Position numbers and translations under genes: made by a program. Source: Candidatus Moanibacter sp. (GTDB lineage: Bacteria > Verrucomicrobiota > Verrucomicrobiia > Opitutales > UBA2987). Taken from it: a stretch of DNA of 35,500 nt. Below, piece by piece: positions 1 through 8,761 of this stretch. Within the stretch, counting starts at the first letter, position 1. The number at the start of each line of letters is the position of its first letter. The stretch is from the NCBI GenBank assembly GCA_965215885.1, contig CBDCEW010000066.1, forward strand, positions 1-35,500, given 5' to 3'. Below the pieces are notes generated by a model that was not told where the DNA came from, did not search any database, and worked only from the letters and a program-made list of their open reading frames with translations.

Positions 1-1
1 G

Positions 2-1219
2 ATACTTCTGGACGAAATCTACGACATTTCTGAAGCCTTTCGTGACAACGGCTACGATGTCTTTTTCTGGAGCCGTCACGGTATGGCCAACCTCGATCTC
101 AACTACGTTCAAGGAAGGGAACCAGCAAAGACGATAAGGAAAATCCTTCGCGGTGAAGATGAAAAATTTCAGGCAATCTTGGAGCGACTTCAAACGGACC
201 CGACTTACAAGGCATTCGTCGTTACGAATTTCTCGGTCACTCACGGAAAATACAAGACTGATCGATTGGACTCTTTCTGTCGCGATTTTCCGGAGGAATG
301 TTCTATACGGACAACCCTTAAGGAAGACCGTTTCTGGCGCTATTTCAATACCTACCTCAAGTACTACCGATTTTTGAATTACAACTTTCCTCAGGCGGTA
401 AAGACACTGAAGCTTTCCGCCGAGGACATTTCGAATCTGGCTGCTGTCGTGGAGCTGGTTTACAAATCAAATGTAAATCGCCTGGATGATATGTTTGGAA
501 GTGTGATCGATTCGATTGATCAGTCGCCAATCAAAAGTGAGACACTGGTGATATTTACCGCGGATCATGGGGAAAGCCTGTATAACCCAAGTGCGCCTTT
601 CAAATGGTGCCATAGCCATTCGTTGCAATCCGACGTGTTGGACGTAGCGCTCATTTTGCGGGCCAATGATCCAAATTTTGAACCCGGCATCTATGATGAA
701 GTGAGCCGTTCCATAGATGTCTTCCCAACAGCAGCCCGTCTATCGAACGTCGAATTGCCCAAAGAGATCGTTCTTTCCGGAACTGATCTATCCGGCGCGA
801 TTCTCCAAAAGGCCGAAAAACCTCATCTTCTAGCTTATTCACACAGCGCTATTTTACCTGAAGAACTCAGTTTATTACCGGAACCATACGTGGGCCATCT
901 GAAAAAGTTCTTCCCTGAACCAAATGTAAGACATATCTGGGTTTCCGTGCGCGATCGCGACACTGTCTGGAAACTCAAGCAGACCGAAGACTCGATTGAG
1001 CAATTCGAAGCCTACGATCTGGAGAGCGATCCCACCGAAAGCATCAACGTATTTAATCCGGAAGACAAAAGTCATCTCACGAAAGCCGAGAAACTGAAGA
1101 ATTTCAAAGCCGAGTTAATAGAGTCCTACAGCCTATGGGAAGAAATTCGAGAAGGAGGTCCGGAACTTTCCAAGGAACAAAAGATCGAAAAACTCAAAAG
1201 CCTGGGTTACATTCAGTAG
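2..1219 (+). CDS. Sulfatase / alkaline-phosphatase-superfamily hydrolase, 5'-partial (starts upstream of window)
   Basis: Frame is open from base 2 (ILLDEIYDISEAFRDNGYDVFF...). Motifs: VIFTADHGE, SRSIDVFPT, YDLESDPTESIN and C-terminal KLKSLGYIQ. The catalytic C/SxPxR motif is not in the window. Confidence 0.8.
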   Translation: MLLDEIYDISEAFRDNGYDVFFWSRHGMANLDLNYVQGREPAKTIRKILRGEDEKFQAILERLQTDPTYKAFVVTNFSVTHGKYKTDRLDSFCRDFPEECSIRTTLKEDRFWRYFNTYLKYYRFLNYNFPQAVKTLKLSAEDISNLAAVVELVYKSNVNRLDDMFGSVIDSIDQSPIKSETLVIFTADHGESLYNPSAPFKWCHSHSLQSDVLDVALILRANDPNFEPGIYDEVSRSIDVFPTAARLSNVELPKEIVLSGTDLSGAILQKAEKPHLLAYSHSAILPEELSLLPEPYVGHLKKFFPEPNVRHIWVSVRDRDTVWKLKQTEDSIEQFEAYDLESDPTESINVFNPEDKSHLTKAEKLKNFKAELIESYSLWEEIREGGPELSKEQKIEKLKSLGYIQ

Positions 1220-1221
1220 AA

Positions 1222-2161
1222 TCAAACTTCGACGCCCAGAGGTTTACTGAGCAAGTATCCAAAGATAATGGACAGGACAAAAAACTGAATCAGCCAGTTA
1301 AGCCGCCAGCCCAGGAAGATAATATCCAGACGGGGATATTGAATCTCAATGGATTCGATACCAGTCTGTTCCTTGTCGATTGGCGCCTCCCCTGGATACA
1401 TCAGCTCATTATACCAGTTCTCGCCCGTTCGCAGGTTGGAACCCCCCCTCTACTGTTGCCGACCTGAAGTACCTTTTCAACAGAATGATCACCTACCCGT
1501 AATTTCATTTGATATCTGCCGGGGTTTCGTCCCACGATGCGCCAACTAATTTCCCTCTCCGAGGGTATCCTGACCCCTGGTGTCTCAACGGCATATCCCT
1601 CTCCTACGATCAGCGAGATTCCCATCGGTTCCGAAAGCTGGGACTCATCGACGACGGATACTTTAACCAGCACCTGCTCTCCTTCGCGAATGGGACGAAA
1701 CGAATAACGATAGGAGAGCTGAATAAGTATCAATATTACGGGCACAATCGTAACAGACAGTGGAAGAAGCGAATGCTTTATATAGGAGAAAGTAGCGACG
1801 ATTATACGTCCCTGCAGAAGAAAAAACACGGCGAGATCTTCATTGAAAAGGCGGATCGCCAACAGGTTCGCTCGCATTCGCTCGCGAATCGCTCTTATCG
1901 CTTCCTGATTGGATACACGACCGAAAGTCCACACCATCAGGATTCCAGTCAGGAGGGAAATGGCCGTAAGAGACCAGAAGGGTCCAAAAATGCTTAGAGG
2001 AAAATAAACGACCTCGAAAAGGCTGGTGCAAAACCAGGTAAAGATCCTCGGGGCAAGCCCCGAGGCATTTGAGTTTCCAGATCTCAAAATTGAAGGTACG
2101 AAGCAAGCTTCGGGGAATTGAACCCGGAGCGATTAAACGCACGAATCGAAGAGACCGTCAT
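1222..2161 (-). pseudogene. Membrane protein, DUF106/EMC3-TMCO1 (Oxa1 superfamily)-like; disrupted by a 95-bp insertion and a homopolymer frameshift
   Basis: ATG at 2161 reads MTVSSIRAF. Removing 2038-2132 joins this in frame to NWFCTSLFEVVY. A G7 run (1442-1448) shifts the frame, and the other frame continues SNLRTGENWYNELMYPGE...WLIQFFVLSIIFGYLLSKPLGVEV to a stop at 1222. The family call is inferred from the TM / coiled-coil / TM ... TM layout. Confidence 0.7.
2038..2132 (-). mobile_element. Non-autonomous IS200/IS605-type mini element (PATE-like), copy 1
   Basis: Hairpin CCTCGGGGC-AA-GCCCCGAGG at one end and CGAAGCAAGCTTCG at the other. Inserted 3' of TTTAA on the minus strand with no target duplication. 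Second copy at 24710-24806. Excision restores the host reading frame. Confidence 0.8.
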
Positions 2162-2169
2162 AGGTCTGA

Positions 2170-2361
2170 TCAAGAGATGTAGCCCAGGCCCTTCAGCCTT
2201 CTCCTGATCTCCTCTTCCGACTCAGACTCCTCCAATTCGGCAATTTGCTTTTCCAAAGCGTGGGTGACGAATTCTTCAAGGGAGGAGTAGCCGGCTATCT
2301 CAGCGTAGATTCTGGCCTTTTCATAGAGTTCCTTGTCAATTTTGATTTTGCGTCCAAACAT
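2170..2361 (-). CDS. Small conserved-looking protein: ribbon-helix-helix-like N-terminus, acidic linker, C-terminal RLKGLGYIS motif
   Basis: 63 aa, with RBS AGGAG upstream of the ATG and tight packing in the operon. The beta-helix-G-helix pattern is KIKIDKELYEKARIYAEIAGYSSLEEFVTHALEK. Confidence 0.8.
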   Translation of the reverse strand: MFGRKIKIDKELYEKARIYAEIAGYSSLEEFVTHALEKQIAELEESESEEEIRRRLKGLGYIS

Positions 2362-2390
2362 AACATCACTCCTAGGTAAATGGCACTGAC

Positions 2391-2450
2391 AGCCTGTCGG
2401 ACTCTGTCCGACGGGCTCCTAGTCCGGAAATCTGACAGATTTCCGGACTA
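2391..2450. repeat. Two adjacent palindromes at the stop codon of the phosphodiesterase gene
   Basis: AGCCTGTCGGAC-TCT-GTCCGACGGGCT (2391-2417) and the perfect palindrome TAGTCCGGAAATCTG-A-CAGATTTCCGGACTA (2420-2450). Confidence 0.85.
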
Positions 2451-4419
2451 AACAGTCTTTTCCGATCATATCAGGCAACGGCGACACTCCGAATTCGTCC
2501 AGCACGGCGACCGTCAGATCATGGAGTGAGGGAGCATCGAGAGAGATTCTTTGATTCGTTATCAATACGCCGGGAACGAGTCGAGGATCAATGCAATGAT
2601 CTCCACTCCAGGCATCCAGATTGTCGACAAAGACTTCCTTCGGAAACTCGCCCAACGGGCTCTCCCAGGAACTTCGGTAACCTCTCGTGAAGCCAACAAC
2701 CAGATCCGGCCCATCGTTCCTGTAAGCACCACTGAAATCGCGTTTCGGCCTCACCACCAGAGAGATCGCTTTTTCCCCGTTTCGGGAATCACGCATACTG
2801 AGTAGGTCTGCCTCCAGTCTCCGCAGCAACTCCTCGTACTCACCTCCTCGTTTCACAAGACCGTTCTTCTCGCGCCCTGAGAGGTTCACATAGATTGCGT
2901 TCAGACCGAATGCATACGCCTTTGTGCGGCTCCAATCAACGTTCTGAAAATTCTCGTGCTCCCCTTGCGTAGTTGGATCAAGAAGAACAATGTATCCGTT
3001 TTCCAGCAACCAGGTATTCAAGTTCACTCCCCAGTAAAATGGGGCAAAGCCGTGATCAGACATAACAATTAATGTTGTATCCTGATCAATCTTCTTCTCC
3101 ACCCGGCCCATGAGTTTATCCATCGCCTCATAGACATGACGGATACCGCTGCGCAAAAAAGCGTCTTCAACAAACCCCGGATGTCTCTCGTCCATATAGC
3201 GCCACAGCATGTGGCAAACCTGGTCAACGGTGCCAAAATAAACAAAGAGGAGATCCTCCTTCTGATCCTCTATCAGGAAATCCAACGCTTTTGATCTCTC
3301 GTCAAATATCTGCATCGCCTGGTCAAGGAACTCCCGTCCACTCAAGATCCCGTGGGACAGGGCCTTCGTATCTTCCGGAAGATTCTGGGTGTAGAAGTGT
3401 CCGAGCTGAGAACAGAGATGTTTCGACCAATCGGAAGGATAGGAAATCGGCATTACCGGGTCGCCTGGATCAATCTGCATGGGACTGACATAGAGTCTGA
3501 AACGCGGCCGCAATTCCTGCAGATAGAACTTCGCGATCGAGTTGAAATGAATCAGCCACGGAATCCATTCACTCCACTCCCCTGCTTTCAGGATGAATTC
3601 ACGATCGCCCACCACGAATTTTGCAGCATCCACAAGCAGGTCGGTGAACACCTGGAAATTCACCTCGCAAGATGGATGCTCATACTCGAGTTTTGCACTG
3701 AGCCCGAGCTTCTTCAACTGGAGGCTGCGTCTGGTGGGCGCCCGTCGAAAAGGGTTCGGTGGACCGTAAAGCGTCGCGTCGATCCGATTGTCGACAGACG
3801 TTACCTGATAAACTCTTCCGCCGGTAATATCCTCAACATTCGCCGGCAACCGGTCAGTGTAAAAAGAAAATGTTCCGGGCGATCCAAGGATATCCGGGGT
3901 ACCCATACCCGAAAGGGACCGGCCCAGAGATTCAACTGGCGGAAAGTTGACCGGCATCCGGTAGATGGTGGAGGCGATACCCGTTTTCCCGAGAATTTCC
4001 CAAAAGGCATGACCCTTCCTCAGGAGATTAACTTTTCCGCTCGAAAGCGGGATAACCCATCTCCCGATATTGATTGCGCGATACTCCGAGACGGCCTCGG
4101 ACATTGATAGGTAGGGAAGCATCGTCCCCGGATCTCGATGAACAAAATCATAGATGCCGTGTCCCCCTGGGTCGGTGCCCGTAATAAAGGTGGACCAGGC
4201 TACCGGGCTTTGGGGAGGCATCGTCGTGCTGAGCCTTCGATAGTCACCTTCATTCATCAGTCGTGCGAAATTCGGCATGCTCCCCTCAGACATGAAGCGA
4301 TCCAGCAACACAGGGTCCATACCGTCGATCCCGAGTATCACTACCCGTTTCGCCTCCGCCACTGAACCGAAGAAGAAGATGCTGATCCAGACTAAGATTC
4401 GTGGAATCGCGGTATTCAT
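2419..4419 (-). CDS. Alkaline-phosphatase-superfamily protein (type I phosphodiesterase/nucleotide pyrophosphatase family), predicted exported
   Basis: Signal peptide ending AEA. Motifs VVILGIDGMD, PPQSPVAW, PGGHGIYDF, VMSDHGF and WSGDH. Confidence 0.88.
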   Translation of the reverse strand: MNTAIPRILVWISIFFFGSVAEAKRVVILGIDGMDPVLLDRFMSEGSMPNFARLMNEGDYRRLSTTMPPQSPVAWSTFITGTDPGGHGIYDFVHRDPGTMLPYLSMSEAVSEYRAINIGRWVIPLSSGKVNLLRKGHAFWEILGKTGIASTIYRMPVNFPPVESLGRSLSGMGTPDILGSPGTFSFYTDRLPANVEDITGGRVYQVTSVDNRIDATLYGPPNPFRRAPTRRSLQLKKLGLSAKLEYEHPSCEVNFQVFTDLLVDAAKFVVGDREFILKAGEWSEWIPWLIHFNSIAKFYLQELRPRFRLYVSPMQIDPGDPVMPISYPSDWSKHLCSQLGHFYTQNLPEDTKALSHGILSGREFLDQAMQIFDERSKALDFLIEDQKEDLLFVYFGTVDQVCHMLWRYMDERHPGFVEDAFLRSGIRHVYEAMDKLMGRVEKKIDQDTTLIVMSDHGFAPFYWGVNLNTWLLENGYIVLLDPTTQGEHENFQNVDWSRTKAYAFGLNAIYVNLSGREKNGLVKRGGEYEELLRRLEADLLSMRDSRNGEKAISLVVRPKRDFSGAYRNDGPDLVVGFTRGYRSSWESPLGEFPKEVFVDNLDAWSGDHCIDPRLVPGVLITNQRISLDAPSLHDLTVAVLDEFGVSPLPDMIGKDCLVRKSVRFPD

Positions 4420-4438
4420 CCTTCGTGCAAGATTGCTA

Positions 4439-4502
4439 AGAGCCTGTCGGACGAGATTTCACACTTGCACGGCAATCCGACGACAAAGTCCGAAAGTCTC
4501 CC
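4439..4502. repeat. Small MITE-like element with AGAGCCTGTCGGAC-type ends forming the 3' end of the CDS
   Basis: Left end AGAGCCTGTCGGAC matches the arm at 2391. The right end AGTCCGAAAGTCTCC is degenerate. It abuts the TAG stop. Confidence 0.55.
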
Positions 4503-5880
4503 AGCAGTGTCTTGCCATCAAAATAGGATGGAACAGGCACGCCAAAAAGTTCCAGCACGGTTGGCGCTATATCCATTATGTCCGGATTATCAACTTTCAC
4601 CCGTCGATTGCAAAAAAAGATCCCGGGAACATCAGATGGATTCATATTATGATCACCGCTCCATGGTCGTGTGTTGTCTTCAATGACAAGCTCACCAATT
4701 CCTCCGGTTATACAATCCCATGCCACTCGGTAGCCTGGACTGCATCCTACAATTAGATCAGGCGCCTCATCGACATAGGGTCCTTTATAGACCTTCTTCC
4801 CATCAAACACACGCTTGATCGGTATTTGATCTTCACCGCTATCTCGAAGGCTTAGTAATTTCTGTGTAATCTCCTTCTTCAGCGCCTTTGCCTCCGTGCC
4901 AGGTTGAACGATTCCCCGCGCCTCACGACCCTTCAGATTCAGATAGATTCCCCCAAACCCGACCGCGTAGGCCCGTGTTTCGCTCCAATTCACATAGGTG
5001 AGCATATCCGTGCTATCCGTATCTTCTCTTATCTTCAAATAACCATGTTCCTTCAACCATGTGTTCAAATTCACCCCTCGGCGAAAGGGCTTAAAGCCGT
5101 GATCCGAGAGAACTATAACAATAGTGTCGTCGCCGACTTCGTCCATGACCTGTCCGACGAGATCGTCCATACGCTTGTAGAGATCTTCAATGACATGTGA
5201 ACAGTCAGGGAGTTTATCCACCTCATTGGAAGGGGAATATTCCTTCAAATACCTGAAAAACATATGCTGGATGCGATCCGTTATATCGAATACACACACC
5301 ACACACCCTCGAGGCGTCTTTTCCAACGCATCGAACAACATGCTCCGCCTCTCTCGGTGGATCGACCAGCACTGTTCCAGAAAGGCCTCTTCGCCAATTA
5401 CGCCTTCGTTCAAACCCGAAGTATCTTCAGCCACTCCGAGCGTGGCGAACGGCCCAATCAGTTTTGAGAGATAGGTCGAGTAGACAAAAGGGTGCGATAT
5501 CGGTAAGGCAGGACGTTCCGGATCAATCTGGATGGGCGTCATATAGAGTCTGACATGGGGTGTCTTCTCGATAGGCAGAACGCGACAGATTCCTTGTACG
5601 GTCATGCCGAGTCCGAGCCGAAAACGAATTTTTAGCCAGGGACTATACCGGCCAATTCGAATCGTATGCCTCTCTTTTTCGATGACGAGATCTACCGAAT
5701 CGCTCTCCGGATTCCCCAGATGTAACTTGAATTGCAAACTCAATTCGCCACCGTTCTCGAGGAGGGTATTCTCCGGGCCCGGAATCACACCGCTGGCTAC
5801 ACCCTCTTCGACTTTTAACGGCAGCTGAATACCGCTCTTCAGACTACGACGCTCATCGCAATCACTCGTATAATAAAAAT

Positions 5881-7418
5881 GGGTCTACAGCAGAATCTGT
5901 GGGTGGGTAACGTCAGGCTTACAAGAGGAAATAGAGTCGGTGAGCACAAGGAGAAGTCAGGGCGCTGCCCTGAATCCCGCTCCTCCACAGCTCGGAGGGG
6001 CTGGTCGGTGTTTTCTTTGCATATGGGATTGAATTGCGGTTGAAGCATCCGGGCCGTTCCGAGGATGAAAGTAGGCCCGAAAATACATCCTGAACACGGA
6101 GGACCCAGTGCTCATCAAAACGCTACTGAATCGGTGCTATTGGCTGCAAGAGCTTTGCATTACGCAAAGGCAACCGAGTATGGAAATGGTGAATTCGGAG
6201 GAGGCGATTGTGGTGCAGATTTTTGAGCCGCGCAAGAATAGCTCGGGTGTGCTGTCTCGGGGTGTGGCCGGACGGCCAGCGGCTACGACCACATGAGCTG
6301 AGGCGAGGCATTTTGAATTTGTGCCCTTGTGGGGGATGAAGGTGTATTTCCGTTACCGAATGCGGCGGGTCAATTGCCAGCGGTGCGGGGTGAAGGTCGA
6401 AGAGGTGCCCTGGGCCAAGGGCAAGAGTCATCTGAGTTGGCCAATGCAATGGTTTCTGGCCCAGTGGGCGAGGCGCTTGAGCTGGGAGGAGACAGGCAAG
6501 GGTTTTTCGCACGAACTGGCGCAACAATCTTCGAGTCGGTCGCTAGGCGATCTGGTGCGTTGGGGGCTCAAACGGCGCGATATGAGCGGCGATTGAGGCG
6601 ATCGGAGTCGATGAGGTGCAGTATCATCGAGGCCATCACTATCGTCAACCGTGGTCTACCAGCTTGACGAGGGTTTTGGCGGCGATATGCTATTGGGCCT
6701 ATTCAATAATTCGCAACGTAAAATCGCTCTTGCGTTTTTTCTGGGAATTGGGAGCGCAAAAGAGCAGCCAGATCCTCTACGTCTGCTCGGATCTGTGGAA
6801 GCCTTACCTCAAAGTGATCAAGAAAAAGGCACCCCAGATCTCTGCACATCCTCGATCGCTTCCACTTGGTAGCCAACCTGAACATGATGGCCCTCAATGA
6901 GACTCTTGCAACCTGCGGAAGCCAGGCGATTGCTTTCGGGACGGCTTCATCAACGTGCTGGTCAAAAGCAAATACTGTTTCTTTCAAAAATCCGCAAAAT
7001 ACACCTCACCCCCACCCAATTCAGATCCGCCTCAAGGAGGTGCTCCGGGGTATCCGATCTGAAGAGCGTGCGGGCCTATCTACTAAAGGAGAGCTTTCAG
7101 CTCTTGTGGCATTATAAAAGTCCCTACTGGGCCCAATGGTATCTGAAAAAATGGTGCACGCGCGCCATGCGTTCGCGCCTCAAACCGATCAAAAGGTTCG
7201 TGCGCTCGGTGCGCAAACACGAGCCGCTCATCCTCAACTGGTTTCGGGCCAAAAAGGCCTTTTCCTGCGGCATTGTGGAGGGCTTTAACCGCAATATAAA
7301 TCTCACTATCAGAAAAGCATACGGCTTTAAGAGCTTCGAAGTGCTTAAGATCGCCCTATTTCATACCATGGGCGACTTGCCTGAACCCGAAATAACCCAC
7401 AGATTCTGCTGACGAGGC
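5881..7418 (+). mobile_element. ISL3-family insertion sequence
   Basis: Terminal IRs GGGTCTACAGCAGAATCTGTGGGT / GCCTCGTCAGCAGAATCTGTGGGT. 8-bp AT-rich target duplication ATAAAAAT at 5873-5880 and 7419-7426. Confidence 0.93.
6108..7412 (+). pseudogene. ISL3 transposase, multiply frameshifted
   Basis: Fragments in different frames: RRVNCQRCGVKVEEVPWA, IGVDE, VCSDLWKPYLKVI and SCGIVEGFNRNINLTIRKAYGFKSF. Confidence 0.9.
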
Positions 7419-8149
7419 ATAAAAATAAGTTCCTTGACTTCCTTTTAAGTCAGGCAAGCACATGGCAGAGAGTAAGACACCCTTGAATTTTTCGGGTGGA
7501 AAGGTAATCGGAACTCTCAATACTGTGCTGAAAATACCATGCTCTCCCAGAATCTTCCAGAATGGCTGACTCTTTCGGCCCACCTCTATGGACGGCTTGC
7601 CGAACGGAAAACGGTACTTACCCATCTTGATCGTCCTCCGCGGAGGACGCACGGCCGCGGAAGATAGCTCAGGGATTAACGACTTTCTATTCGGTACAAG
7701 GAAATCGTAAATTCGATGCTTCCCTGGGTTGCGCCCCGTTTGGAATGACGCCCAGGCAACCGGAGATTCGGCCGGAAGCGAGGTCCGAATTCGGGAATAC
7801 GTCCCTTCCTCGCGCAATTTTCTGAAATTAGGCAAGTAACCCTGCTCGAGGAACTTCTCGGTTAGGTCGGGATCCTGACCGTCCAGGCCGACAATCAAGA
7901 CTCTGTTCACCCCTTTTCTCCTCTTCCGCTTTAAACCCGATACGGCCTTTATCATCCATCGGATCGGCCAGGTAACCAGCGTTAGAAGTGCTAGAGCAAA
8001 TGAAACTAGAAGAATAAAAAAGGAGAATACGAGAGTAAACCCGGCTCCCGGTCCGACATACGCCTGCGCAGTGAGGGGAGTCAGGAAAAAGATGAATAGA
8101 CTGAAGGAGCCTAACCAATACCTGCTCGATCTCGCTAATCTTAGCATTT

Positions 8150-8761
8150 TCAAGCTCTATTTCTATATAGCCGATACTCCACTGCCGCTGCCATAGAACC
8201 CACGTCTAATCCGCCTCCCAGAAACCGGTTAACTCTTTCCGCATATTCGCGAGGGTTTTCCAACACGTCCCGATATGAACAATAAGTAACCTCAAAATTA
8301 ACCAAATTCTGCAAAATGTCTCCGACTCTATGTAGGTGTTTCTTGTAATTCTCCTTCATTAATTGGTCAGACTCAGGGTCCTGATCTTTCCCGCGCCGTC
8401 GAAGCATCTTGTTTTGGGAATCAATCAACTCATCCAGGTCTCGTGTCATAAAGACGATGCGATAGTTGAGATCTCGCGGAAGATATGGCAGAAAGTAACA
8501 AATGATCTTGATGGCTTTCCCCTTATACTCTTTCAACCATGATGTATTTACACCCTTGTCTAGTTCTTTCACTTTCTCCAGTTCGTAGTATCCTTTTGGG
8601 TTGTCTGCGTCAGCCTTTCTTGAGTCATCACAAACTACCCGGACCCCGCCGGCTTCGATCACCTGCATCATCATAGAGGTGCCTGCGCGGGGTAATCCGG
8701 AAACAAGAATCAACGGTTTCCCATATCTAAGCCGAACGAGGAGTTTCGTAATCGATTTCAC
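8150..8761 (-). CDS. Sulfotransferase-family (PAPS-dependent, P-loop) protein
   Basis: ILVSGLPRAGTSMMMQ 5'-PSB loop, NPKGYYE and IVFMTRD...SQ. Start placed at GTG 8761 because the longer ORF overlaps the upstream gene's 3' end; the start is uncertain. Confidence 0.85.
   Translation of the reverse strand: MKSITKLLVRLRYGKPLILVSGLPRAGTSMMMQVIEAGGVRVVCDDSRKADADNPKGYYELEKVKELDKGVNTSWLKEYKGKAIKIICYFLPYLPRDLNYRIVFMTRDLDELIDSQNKMLRRRGKDQDPESDQLMKENYKKHLHRVGDILQNLVNFEVTYCSYRDVLENPREYAERVNRFLGGGLDVGSMAAAVEYRLYRNRA

Larger units (their letters stand above)
4436..8153 (-). pseudogene. Second alkaline-phosphatase-superfamily phosphodiesterase, split by ISL3
   Basis: The N-terminal half has VGLDGQD and PAESPVAW; the C-terminal half has LSDHGF and WSGDH. 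Removing 5881-7418 plus one target-site copy gives in-frame ...KGSQGTYFYYTSDCDERRSLKSG...VIPGPEN. Confidence 0.9.

Noticed and set aside
3540..3580. Possible ~6-codon in-frame deletion in PDE-1 (WSEWIPWLIHFNSI is shorter than the paralog's equivalent)
   Set aside because: It cannot be distinguished from normal loop variation without ortholog alignments.
3352..4107. 251-aa plus-strand ORF and similar antisense ORFs (17341-18135, 25297-26007, 30114-30650)
   Set aside because: They lie antisense to well-supported genes and are typical shadow ORFs.
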